From an uncultured virus (IMG/VR IMGVR_UViG_3300020255_000001) (Duplodnaviria > Heunggongvirae > Uroviricota > Caudoviricetes > Kyanoviridae), in the IMG/VR virus record IMGVR_UViG_3300020255_000001: a stretch of DNA of 64,000 nucleotides; one strand, given 5' to 3'. The translations under genes and the position numbers were made by a program. Position 1 is the stretch's first letter. The number at the start of each line of letters is the position of its first letter. The notes under the pieces are model-generated. The model worked only from the letters and a program-made list of their open reading frames with translations, had not been told where the DNA came from and ran no database searches. Below, piece after piece: positions 31,401 to 37,562 of this stretch.

Positions 31401-34400
31401 AACTAATCAATCTGATGAGACAATCTATGCGTTTAAGTTAGCAAGAGATATGTCAATCCTAACCATCAGAAACCGTTTAGGGTTTACTCCCTATGAGAGT
31501 GAGGCAGCAACAGGTGGATTAGGACAAGCAATACAGAGACCTGATTACTATAATAATGCTACAACCAATGGTTACTATGATGCTGCAAATGAAATTGAAA
31601 ATAATATAAGATTTATCGCTACAACTGCTGTTGGTCGTGGTATGTCTCAGTATCCTAATTTGGCATTCTCTGGTGGTTATAATTATCAGTCTTGTGTTGA
31701 TGACGTTGTAGATTTACTTGAAGCATTAGTATTCAACTTAAAGCACGGTGGTAACAACCGTATGTGGTATTCAAGTGAGTTCTATATTACAGTTGGAAAT
31801 GCTATACAGCATATTAGTAACCAAGCAGCAGAAGTTAAATATATCTTTGAACAAGCAAGAGATATTGCAATACAAATAATGAGACAGCAGATTGTTACAA
31901 TTAATGGTGTAACAGAAGGAAGTGCAATATATGATTCTAGTATTACTATTGATGGTACTAATACAACAGTTGGTAACTTAACTCCAACAAATGTAGAATA
32001 CTTCCCAACTACAGGTAATTTAAGACTTACTGTTAATGGTCATAACTTAACTACAAGTGATAGTATTCAACTTGCTCAAAACTCATTAACATTTACTTGT
32101 GATTTTGATGGTAATGCAACAAACCATACATATCCAAGACCATTAGATCCTTCTAGCGGTGCTTTATTACCAGTTACAGCATTTACTACAAATACATTTA
32201 CAGTAAATGTAGGAACTACTGCTAACGGAACTCACGATGTTACTGATGCAATATATGAAGAAGCAACTGGTAATCTATTCTTAGATATTGGTACAAATAA
32301 TCTTAATGTTGGAAGACATATTAAGTTCTCTCAAGATTATGCAATAACATTTACTTGCACAAAAGATGGTAATACTACTAACCACGCATATCCTCGTCCT
32401 ACTGACTATGCTAGTGGTAAATCATTAGAAGTTTTAGAAATTAGTGATTCTGCGTTTACAGCAACAGGAGCAACATATTCACCTACTACTGGTGCTATGA
32501 CCCTGACTGTTCCTCAACACGGATTTAGTAATGGTGATCAGATAAGACTTGTTAATAATTCATTGAACTTCACTTGTACAATGGATAACAACTATAGTGT
32601 ACATTCTTATCCTCGTGCTAGTGATCCTGCATCAAACCAGTATCTAACAATCAGCAACGTTGCTACAAATACTTTTGATGTAAACGTTGGTTCTACAAAT
32701 ACTCTAAATTATACTCCATCAAATGTTGTTTACAGTCCTACTACAGGAGATATGGTTATCACAATCGGTAATCACAGTCTTGTTCCTGGATCACACATTA
32801 AGATTGCTGATAATTCATTAATATTTACTTGTTTAGAAGATAATAATGCTACTGAGCATTCATATCCTAGAACAACAACTACAATACATCAGAGCACTGC
32901 TGCTGTATATGAACCTACTACAGGTATGATGCAGTTGACTGTTCCTCAACACGGATTTGCGAATGGTGATCAAATTAAGATTGCAACTGATTCTCTAACA
33001 TTTACTTGTGGTCAAGATAACAATCAAACAAATCATACATATCCACGTGCTACTGACCCTGCTGCTAATTCTTGGTTAGAAATTTCAGATGTAACTGCAA
33101 ATACATTTAAAGTTCAAGTTTTATTATCTACTGGAATACCTTCAACAAATACAACACCACACACATATGTTTCTTCTGCTACAAATAATATTACTTGGAA
33201 GAAAGATAGAGCATATGATGTTCCTTTAGAAGTAAAAGCAGTTGGTCAAACAACTATTACAGTTAATGTTTTAGCATCTGGAAGAATCCCATCTACTAAC
33301 GTAACTACTCATACATTTGTAAATGCTGCAACAAATGCAATAAGTGCAGGTGGAAATTACACTCATACATTCATATCTGCTGCACCTGGAGGTGTTAGAT
33401 TTAAGAATGGACGTATTAAGGTTAATGTAAACCCTGCACCTACAAACGAACAATATCCACATACATTTGTAAGTGCTGTTTCTGGTGCTGTATCTTATGG
33501 TGGTAATCATCCTCACAACTTTGTAAGTGCTAATACTAATGCTATAACCTTTATTATTGGTGGTGGTGGAGTTCGTTGTGTAAATGAAGCAGCGTCTATA
33601 ACAACATTAATGGGTATTCCTATCAATCTATTTGATAGTAGTAATACAAGTAATCCTACAGCATATCTAAATGGAATTACGAGAACATTACCACTCGAAT
33701 GGCCACTTACAGGTGAACGTGCTATTAGACGTGACGTTTCTATAACTTACGATTCAGCAGGTAACGGAAACTGCACCACACAGAGTTCAGCGATTAATAC
33801 CCTTTGGGAGATACTTATTAATACTATTGATACTGCTGCTCAAGGAAATGGTAGTCATCTTGCAACTATAACCAGAACTGCACCTGTCACTAACAACACT
33901 GTATATAAAGGTGGAACTTGTTACGATGTCACATCTGCTGCACACGTACTATTCAAGACACTTCTTCACGGTCTTGGAAGTGGCACAGAGATGTATAAAC
34001 AATCTGCAAGATTATTAATATACAATGACACATATACTCGATTAGAATCATATGAGAAAACTTTAAATCAATATCCTGGTTATGCAGGAGATGCTTCGTT
34101 TGCTGAACCAATACAAAAAGCGATTGTATATGACTTCATTACAAATGGTAATGCTAGGACTTTACAATTAGTTAACTCTTGGTTTGATGCTGATGGTAAT
34201 TTCGTAGCATACCCAACACTCTTTAGAACTCGTCTTCTTTATCACGCAAGAATGATTAAAGAGTTGATGGATCATATCTTAAAAGGAACTGCACCTGATC
34301 CTGGTGTAAATGCTAACCAACCTCTTTATTCACTTGATGGAACTAATCCTGATAGAGAATTACGTCCTACTGCGACTGCATCTCATAAGTTACATCAATT

Positions 34401-37400
34401 ATTCCACTTAATATTAACTGCGTTACAATACTCACAATTCCCAACAACATACTTAAGAACACAATTTGACGCAGGTGTTGCTGTTTATGATGGAGTTATT
34501 AATGTTGCTAATAACTTTGAACCATATGATAGAGTTGCTTATATTGTTCTAGGATCTAATATTCCAGAACTTGATGGAACAACCTATTATGTACATCCTA
34601 ATTCAACATCTAATAAGATAGTTCTTACAGAATATATTGATGGAGAACCAATATATCTAAGTCCAGGTCTAGCATCACAGTTACATACACTCGCTGTTGA
34701 AGTAGATCCAGGTGTAGATCGTGTACCTACAACTTATGGAACACGTGATGTACCAACACCAATCAAAGCAGGTTTCAACCTTGCTGATGTTATCTACGGT
34801 GGAACATCTGGTGCTACTGCTCAGATAGTTCGTATGGAAGATAATTTAGCAGATATTATGTATCAGGCAAAATATATGACCTGTAATACATTCTCTGCAC
34901 AAGGTGGTGGAACTGGAATCAAGATTCAGAATGGTGAGACAGTTGTTGTTCAAGGTGCTACTCAAAATACTGGTAAGGTTCTTGCTACTGATAACGAGAC
35001 ATATATTAAGTTGATTGATTACAATGGAACATTTACAGCAGGTGATACTATAGAAGGTGTTACATCTGGTGGTACTTGTACATTTGCTGATGAGCACGAT
35101 AGACTTCTTGTTAATTTCCGTCAGGGTGAATTTATTGCAACTGATAAGTTCTTCTCTACAGATACTGGATCTAAAGCAACTGCTCTAATTGTTAGAAACA
35201 ATAACGGTGCACTAATTGATAATCAGAGTGGTAGAATCACTTACGACATCACCACAGTAACTGGAGAGTTTAAACCCCAAGATGTTATCTATGGATCTGT
35301 TACTGATCAAATTATTGAAATTGAATCTTTTGTTACTCTACCTAATTTTGGTGAGTATGTACACGGTAGACAAATTACAAGACTTACATATGTTCAGTTA
35401 ATTACTGATACAGGTGTTACTGATACATTTAATGTTGGTGATGTATTACAGGTTCAATCTGGTGGTATTAGTATTGGTTGGACAGTGACTGTTACTGAGA
35501 TTGATACAAATAATAATTACGTATTTGTTGCAAATGAAACTGGAACTCCAGAAGGTGTAACTATTTCTGATATTGCAAGTAATTCACAATATCAACTTGC
35601 TAAAGTACCAGTTGGAACTCTATTCCCATCCGTATATACAGGAGTTGCAGCAGTTACAATAACAGATACAACAGCATACGGTAAGATTGCTAAGATTACA
35701 CAGTTTGGTACTCGTGCTGTTCTCCACTTAGAAGGAACAAGTGGAACATTCCAGAAGAACTCACAAATTATTGGAGACAATGGTTTCAAAGGTGCTTGTT
35801 CATCTGCTAGATCTTTAAGAGGTAGAGTACGTAGATTCTTTAGAGGATTTGATGGTGTACAAAAGGCATTTAAACTAACTCAAGGAAATGGTACACAATA
35901 CTTCCCAGATCCCGCAGGACATATGATGATCTTTGTGAATGGTATCTTACAACCACCTGGTGCTGACTACGCATTCACAGCATTCTCAGATAACATACAG
36001 TTTACTGAAGCACCTGCTATAGGATCAACTTTCCACGGTGTATATAAAGGTAAGTTAAGACAATTAGATGATATATCATTCGACTTTGATTCATTACGTA
36101 ACTCATTCAACTTAAAGTTAAATGGAGTGTTCTACTCATTGACTTTAACTGATGGTGTACAATCAAATACAATCTTACCTGAGAACAATATTATTTGTCA
36201 GTTAAATGGTGTTATACAGGAACCTGGAATTGGTTTTGAAATTGTTGGTTCTAGAATTATCTTCTCTGAAGTTCCTCGTGCAGGTTCAACCTTCGTTGCA
36301 TTCTCTTATGTTGGTTCTGATGTTGACGTTATTGCAGCAACAGTTGTACCACCTATTGAAGCAGGTGATGAACTTATCATTGATGGTGAGGAAGAAACAA
36401 GAACAGTTGCTCTTATTGAATCATCTAACTCTCTAATTACATTTGAGTATGGTGGAGCAGTTAAAGGACGTAATGCTTCTGCACTTGCTGAAATTGAAAA
36501 AGGACGTATTACCAATGCGATATTAACAAACTCTGGTGATGGTTATAGTACAAGACCACAAGTTGATGTTATATCTTCAACAGGATTTGGTGGACGTATT
36601 AAGGCACTTGTTGGTGTAGCAAGAATTGATGTTAAGAACGCAGGTCAAGGATATTCATTACCTACTATTGTTGCAAATACAACTGTTGCAGATGATTTCT
36701 TAGGACCTACAGGACCTGCATTAAATGGTGGTATTGATATTTACGATCCTAACTTCATACCTGTAACAGGTGGTACTGGAGTCATAGAGAACTTTATAAC
36801 AATAACTGAATCACCTAGAAATATTACTGTTAACCAAGGTCAGACTGCTACATTCCAAGTTGCAGCAAAAGTAACAATATCTAATGTTGTTGCTTATCAA
36901 ATTAATGTTGCTGATAAGTCTGTTAACCATCCTTACTATGGTCAAGGATCTGGAAAAGGTTATAACTTTACTGGTGGTCAATTTAATTCAAGCACTGAAG
37001 CACCAACACTTGTATTTGTTCGTGGAGCAACATATCAGTTTAATCAAAACGATGTTACCAATGCTACTCACGCACTTTACTTTAGTGAAGATGCTACTGC
37101 TTATGGTGGCAATAGTAGATATGAGACTGGTGTTGTATATCGTCTTAACGGTAATCAAGTTGCAGACTACGCAACATATGCTGCGGGATTTAATGCTGCT
37201 ACAACACGTAGTGTTAGCATTACAGTCGCTGCTGATGCTCCTGCTACTCTTAATTACGTATGTGGTAATCATCAGTATATGGGTTCAGCAATTAACGTTA
37301 ACAACGGAACTCTTTCATATCAGTGGCAGAAAAAAGATTATGGAACATCAAGTTGGAACAATATCACTGGAGCAATTAGTTCTACATATACAACTGCTGC

Positions 37401-37554
37401 TACTACACAGGCAGATACAAATGATGAATATCGTGTTGGTATCACATCTAACGGTGCAATCCCTGTTCTATCAACTGCTGCTGTTCTTACCGTCAACATC
37501 GGTGCAACAACACTCAGTTCCTTCACACCTACCCAAATCTTTGACGACGACTAA
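16468..37554 (+). CDS. gp7: Giant baseplate wedge initiator (gp7-like), 7028 aa, multidomain
   Basis: Follows gp6; Q(I/L)P.FI.E N-terminus, IKDFY.SKGT and IQDS.FYQNFSY..KS...HPVGF gp7 motifs; GG.GY repeats, YHYH-like, LamG-like, phycobiliprotein-like, cupredoxin-like and Ig-like segments. Confidence 0.85.
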   Translation: MKSVKVSQRLQDQIPAFIKEEDQSFVDLLVQYYKSQEKSGKPYDILNNILSYTDISSDEYDPNFISSSSIVLDRIGATDQNITVETVDNFLEKDGTIKIDNEIIFYEETTKSPEVVFTPGVNKLEFDKKIQELENIRPLFDGTETSFQLKLLGTPITPSSVEYLRVIINGLQLEPNVDYFLDGSNIRFQTPPANLAGSTTVTKIEYLIGYTSVPVRVLDVINITDDLVGAKILPLRLNTVVYTPLSTVSCLIAVNGVVQEPFTDYTVYNDHLILKKAVSLNDKITVRSVELIAPQFGKGASAIARVSDNKVTDLIVKNGGQDYRINFTPKVTILTPEGVTGKEATAEALVNGIKNVQLIDGGQGYTSANPPVVVFDTPADPSGSIAKATVTVDDATGQVTGINVQSSGSGYDTIPSISFTNAAGATISDAQIDSEGKVVDGSIQVLTKGLHYTTAPEVYIDAPVDPIGIRASAIAVLDDQSRVDRIEMISPGRGYVTPPRCRIIDPIGAQILDVKVSGGKLTDIQLLTGGSGYNDAPSVYIVDNRKNLSGEAIGGTGATAVATIFNGEITDINITSFGDGYSDTEPPQVFIASPKAAAASCDVGFQEITGFTVHSHGSEYQPSQFKNCKRGVSGVSSYDIRGNQVFTNEAQSIQSSHEVGTSIENLDSLFAKTLYERFVNQFLPDADIDYTTINAPQIVKTIKDFYVSKGTKTATEYLFKILFSENVDVSYPKDELIKPSAATWSVDTIIRVELISGNPVDILDSQLFQYADAVDTTVGNAVCLVENVIAINTGDRTIYELSISEETLEGKFSIPYKTTLVEPLTTTESIITVDSTIGWPERNGIIIMGDSERIQYKEKSLNQFIECTRSKNGIVEDWDSGTPIYSDIFCYINRGLDTEVKLRVLGIAEATGTVLTDTGSYYLPSDKLNVASLGSSSTDQRVTSWLYNVKKLISVNNIEPGGLNNQTATVYTTNNHGLLVGDSVTIYGANPTIFNGTFSVTSRISATVFSYQISAPAPNSPQGNILMSVDLNKGKSDEESINNSIAQFTTNVQNTFFNSNYSYIATTGIPNYKVGPFIGSALLPGNQRKLSRFPRIVDTVSRRDDLSFGPIGCWVNGVAVWSYKSQIKTKFGGITSFDIVDAGEGYDAASKPLIEISGGGGSGAAASVVVNGSLFNVDVTAGGSGYTSSPLVSIVGGGGFGATATAVITNGVVSKVLVETPGQGYTSAPTVSISGGNGTGATATAEVRGPIQSISVDTAGSSYTTAPNIKLNSGEGAVAQPIIINGRIVSIAIINSGSGYTSPPNVIINGDGYGAIAKATIGTFGEDKGRVLSITVENRGIGYSTGLTTIRCESIGQGASFTANVFEWTQNLETELSGLMDPSRGYVFAGYNTQYGGEYAHLSDPKQLRYVLGDNVFKDPSSGNLRELSAGLRHSPIIGWAFDGNPIYGPYGYIDAADQSSGIKRCVSSYRVKPALLFDSATNPNPVRADGPLLSDKPAGTYIEDYEYVFQAGDLDQYNGRYCKTPEYPEGTYAYFVSIDASEAGLPVFPYVCGPQLYSRPDEWNYSQDAVQTNIPLDVVRFRDPYEDVDIDIQRTPNQDTDTLVTEIGDEFIFEIEDTNRDGVISTEEENELNYISEEPVLQLFDYYPSVSTRSQVDIEIDTTTKFEDAKISGFVVENPGISYKVNDKLFFDDTGTGGYGASAKVNAVKGIDVSQYTSSMVNDSPLAKITTTGEHDLRVNDEIIVDSIPIIDQTNKTFRVKVVSGVETVNISQQGLGYNDDIPPTYEIVTGTGQDFKLELVQLESGAVNTVNIINSGSEYTPSNPPEVRVSHPQRYKKANYALTLLDESSGIEKIVKLKDIVTADDRTFYVVGEADDVDGDSAGLLAKFNSDGRLLWTRTMAPLQPAAGDKRCVFNRIYLENTSPHSIYVVGETIPNNVNLSYNPDLVVAKYTSGFDAQNNPTAVPVWQREIAGISGSSRRDYISSLTIDDNGQIYVGGTTDTNSPNPDDMWIALLDEQGAIKEKRKICTASGSEQLTDLKFTSDNTCIFVGVNDPAGTSEIIIGETNYDNVTINVSWSRQFGNTGYRFSNPKITIDDYGSRYVTATAYQISNTKNTGVLYMKFAPSDYKTPSVVKLLSPTGVFEDIQSTGVKFDIFGNIDVGAYVKYAFNDHRAIIFKISWNTSNILTAASVKQVSGIGFQPTTISNDNSGDTIIAGNKIESNELAILNFESTITGDETYNNTLTAGWSVDPTLDTSKWKYGAQSANISAAANRLSLDWGADVATNYTIEAWIAIGQAQYNAQSSTPNIFDVAPTTGDNAVVELEGDATSPDFGKVRLKLGSNTYLSTTTTNWTTFNNEAFIHVALVKSTPGVGTYVYKVFINGVEQIDVTSTTIDTQLKSILLFGKSSPVVASSIGGWVDNISVSGIAKYSDTFTPAQAVGSNKTVSAFCYKLDREQTKTGTYTLNTVQTGMQIQVAAAVNDFTFNTQVITSGDWTLGPAGLQILDYADVVSNNVEGTYSFTSTDQIYETRTATIPTPLGRKLLLSTTVIPKFYIRDAIYQSIDTVKTVTFNQTANFTKGSILQQYSVIGGQDVVSAYGTIVNVRGAQGQVDIGNIIGNFDTTKKLKSTANDVNLINQTFLVETTIPQWFTNFSYTTGDEVYNAGKIYTAGSTGVSGASAPIHTIGTVTDGNINWVYTRDAGSFNIDLANTSYSSGTLNQFGSWRPFVATDYSIRIEAVYEGSAFIKGDNIDADAVGLSATFDATGKIITISGLVGVKKFHLTSNLDKDIIPTGALAFTDLVFCVSTSRHNFTQNEIIFVEGFTTTEYGGSFFVEEVLDSRRFLYRLRSTAVQDPSFTSSTIASVNIYAKHPQLLFVRKHQYIFDLDDPSNFGYYMSFSKDNQYKLEYPFVNIVREGIPGLTDQTSPKPLVKFIVDEDVTNISYYFDPSRTLPSNSPVGEASFIDVIETPYKGTFNINQILSDTEFTFPLLVEPEKTTAPLGTTETGLTRASYSTTSLKAIGPIASIKLVNPGGFYQKLPIVTDISSDREIEKIRIISGGTEYINGIYYNVPIAGDGEGGLCNITVADDGELTGVITAVELTSPGKGYTTASIDIDTIPGILGSLLQGSGGQLDVVIPAEGSGASVFLQGTSIGKIKKLKNNEFGFGYSHDYTLRPEITFPVNLQLFNTAILSEIKVTDPGSGYTSIPRVVIEGGGGSGAEAEAIVKNNRLSEIIIKNPGSGYSSEPSVTLKSEFNYVVNLDLGYLQFNFPHGITTGAAVQLRAEDLGSTVGVLPKPSSAGLVSLSSTTTYYAIAGEANSLEADQLRIALTQVDAESGNFITFLTQGDGRQILLTEVFGGQATAIVQTSRFLKGELVYQGSSLETATATGYVSDNEGWQIGPRILKLENYNGNWTVGERVTAQVSRASGLIDNLSIARGTLNIDSMTTTTGQFIDDIGKPSEIVQKIQDSYFYQNFSYVIKSQTPINEWRKSILETNHPVGFNMFGELALAAGKDISGRKVVSDLVKEVNIFSATNINQITSFANSQPIYTEFNNTEVLFRQRRLTNSEEILTSIVKKLDNIDNDFNGVKTQFPLTVEGESVTATDDQLLILINGVAQSPGTAFTTSGPSVVFSEPPKAPSRIKFRNLTFSQINIIRYTFSTTSGIFPQTGKPVRSLQNEGTATVIDSGVDYIDVIDVEGTFQIGDNVLASSSGFDGTLSAVTGLTSKTIYEQGERITNLQGDFAIIEENNLRDGVVDARLVVSRTSGTSEFETGDFNIKFNDTIYSAASKIAARVTVIAPYTDDVSQQIIDTVDLSPPSSFFGLIFQRVPSITYPNTILDNISETVINPEELYEEGTANNQDFLDFEEVRNQEIRYNYLSGSQFVAGDSIRNKQIYYDNASLVGVDDQRSFDAAVLIRKNARFIAEEAVGLMKAFFPSFVVPSLGGDRDCEDDIVDILNIVAYQLEVDGNSEIWDAASTYVQGNAIYHVDGEVAQTIYAFNKARDLAIQCIRNEVINTTTTNLPQYRDPTITEEFAVISNSHGDARDLILANKWFIAYEALHYAKTQNPGYNVSGGDVHCLSDIVDVLEAMVYNLAHGGNNFVYKATKKTLQYGVTSGDRDTIVDAFTKARDIAIEVMRNNAWTKAGSHNWNQVTDTSITADPANPTCQAVASAITTLMNILITNLGSTASPGTVAAFEAAVTETAPSGAYAGYTNSCVNQANAITSYMRIITDTLEDPTGGTPATYQWAITNVPRVLPPYAFVDGETLRCAKHAYRDKSSGGFFVFGDTVRAVTSGATYDVIGSNAGNKWIFSKQISGVLQAGEYITNSKLTYANVSQDKLTFKTDSGSLRFTGSGSYATFPSSNAVLFGDGADAATGDYTMELWIRPASVTGTQRLIDLRESSSDTKLGILMSGQSLRLSIGASDVITVSSAITTINNWYHIAVSRSTSVTKLFVNGQQMGTYTDTNNYNANSKITVGAGWNNGNPFNGWIDNLIIRKGISQYNSSFTPPIIFNDSTDVSFALLGEAPFPMEQSAVYATYVNHIISTATADEVELWRSELTTEGVDLSREEYRICAEVIRKNIDYIAEEAVGRLKYRYPDFVIPGDGGMSGYGSNVCLRDTKSYIIPAIIDDLISGGNFQTTIVGRAYIEGSGALQHIGGEQLQSIYTWREVAKLCIDVITLDEADLEGTYSTKVRVPNYFASPASSQIQTDIMTLVDDLLDVIGPTGHRFRDGADLIYFNRKAIADEAVYYIENKYQVQVGFSTVNKLTIPNRAKCVRDIRDHILPAIAGDLVTGGNFETQAMIDSYLDNETNINYIEDELLAMIDAIEYAKKLAQKAIQGLLIGRNENPAQVAADFSDYYQMLYTDESVYRDDTITIDPKAYTGSDRDLDAANLLQQNAKTIAGEAVDILTKTSFAQSKKFRVPGGKVNCEDDIVDIIESVAHDLRFGGNSETYDAAALYLNTDLALSHVTNQSDETIYAFKLARDMSILTIRNRLGFTPYESEAATGGLGQAIQRPDYYNNATTNGYYDAANEIENNIRFIATTAVGRGMSQYPNLAFSGGYNYQSCVDDVVDLLEALVFNLKHGGNNRMWYSSEFYITVGNAIQHISNQAAEVKYIFEQARDIAIQIMRQQIVTINGVTEGSAIYDSSITIDGTNTTVGNLTPTNVEYFPTTGNLRLTVNGHNLTTSDSIQLAQNSLTFTCDFDGNATNHTYPRPLDPSSGALLPVTAFTTNTFTVNVGTTANGTHDVTDAIYEEATGNLFLDIGTNNLNVGRHIKFSQDYAITFTCTKDGNTTNHAYPRPTDYASGKSLEVLEISDSAFTATGATYSPTTGAMTLTVPQHGFSNGDQIRLVNNSLNFTCTMDNNYSVHSYPRASDPASNQYLTISNVATNTFDVNVGSTNTLNYTPSNVVYSPTTGDMVITIGNHSLVPGSHIKIADNSLIFTCLEDNNATEHSYPRTTTTIHQSTAAVYEPTTGMMQLTVPQHGFANGDQIKIATDSLTFTCGQDNNQTNHTYPRATDPAANSWLEISDVTANTFKVQVLLSTGIPSTNTTPHTYVSSATNNITWKKDRAYDVPLEVKAVGQTTITVNVLASGRIPSTNVTTHTFVNAATNAISAGGNYTHTFISAAPGGVRFKNGRIKVNVNPAPTNEQYPHTFVSAVSGAVSYGGNHPHNFVSANTNAITFIIGGGGVRCVNEAASITTLMGIPINLFDSSNTSNPTAYLNGITRTLPLEWPLTGERAIRRDVSITYDSAGNGNCTTQSSAINTLWEILINTIDTAAQGNGSHLATITRTAPVTNNTVYKGGTCYDVTSAAHVLFKTLLHGLGSGTEMYKQSARLLIYNDTYTRLESYEKTLNQYPGYAGDASFAEPIQKAIVYDFITNGNARTLQLVNSWFDADGNFVAYPTLFRTRLLYHARMIKELMDHILKGTAPDPGVNANQPLYSLDGTNPDRELRPTATASHKLHQLFHLILTALQYSQFPTTYLRTQFDAGVAVYDGVINVANNFEPYDRVAYIVLGSNIPELDGTTYYVHPNSTSNKIVLTEYIDGEPIYLSPGLASQLHTLAVEVDPGVDRVPTTYGTRDVPTPIKAGFNLADVIYGGTSGATAQIVRMEDNLADIMYQAKYMTCNTFSAQGGGTGIKIQNGETVVVQGATQNTGKVLATDNETYIKLIDYNGTFTAGDTIEGVTSGGTCTFADEHDRLLVNFRQGEFIATDKFFSTDTGSKATALIVRNNNGALIDNQSGRITYDITTVTGEFKPQDVIYGSVTDQIIEIESFVTLPNFGEYVHGRQITRLTYVQLITDTGVTDTFNVGDVLQVQSGGISIGWTVTVTEIDTNNNYVFVANETGTPEGVTISDIASNSQYQLAKVPVGTLFPSVYTGVAAVTITDTTAYGKIAKITQFGTRAVLHLEGTSGTFQKNSQIIGDNGFKGACSSARSLRGRVRRFFRGFDGVQKAFKLTQGNGTQYFPDPAGHMMIFVNGILQPPGADYAFTAFSDNIQFTEAPAIGSTFHGVYKGKLRQLDDISFDFDSLRNSFNLKLNGVFYSLTLTDGVQSNTILPENNIICQLNGVIQEPGIGFEIVGSRIIFSEVPRAGSTFVAFSYVGSDVDVIAATVVPPIEAGDELIIDGEEETRTVALIESSNSLITFEYGGAVKGRNASALAEIEKGRITNAILTNSGDGYSTRPQVDVISSTGFGGRIKALVGVARIDVKNAGQGYSLPTIVANTTVADDFLGPTGPALNGGIDIYDPNFIPVTGGTGVIENFITITESPRNITVNQGQTATFQVAAKVTISNVVAYQINVADKSVNHPYYGQGSGKGYNFTGGQFNSSTEAPTLVFVRGATYQFNQNDVTNATHALYFSEDATAYGGNSRYETGVVYRLNGNQVADYATYAAGFNAATTRSVSITVAADAPATLNYVCGNHQYMGSAINVNNGTLSYQWQKKDYGTSSWNNITGAISSTYTTAATTQADTNDEYRVGITSNGAIPVLSTAAVLTVNIGATTLSSFTPTQIFDDD

Positions 37555-37557
37555 ATA
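37550..37557 (+). promoter_or_regulatory. T4-type late promoter
   Basis: ACTAAATA overlapping the gp7 stop. Confidence 0.55.
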
Positions 37558-37562
37558 CTCTT

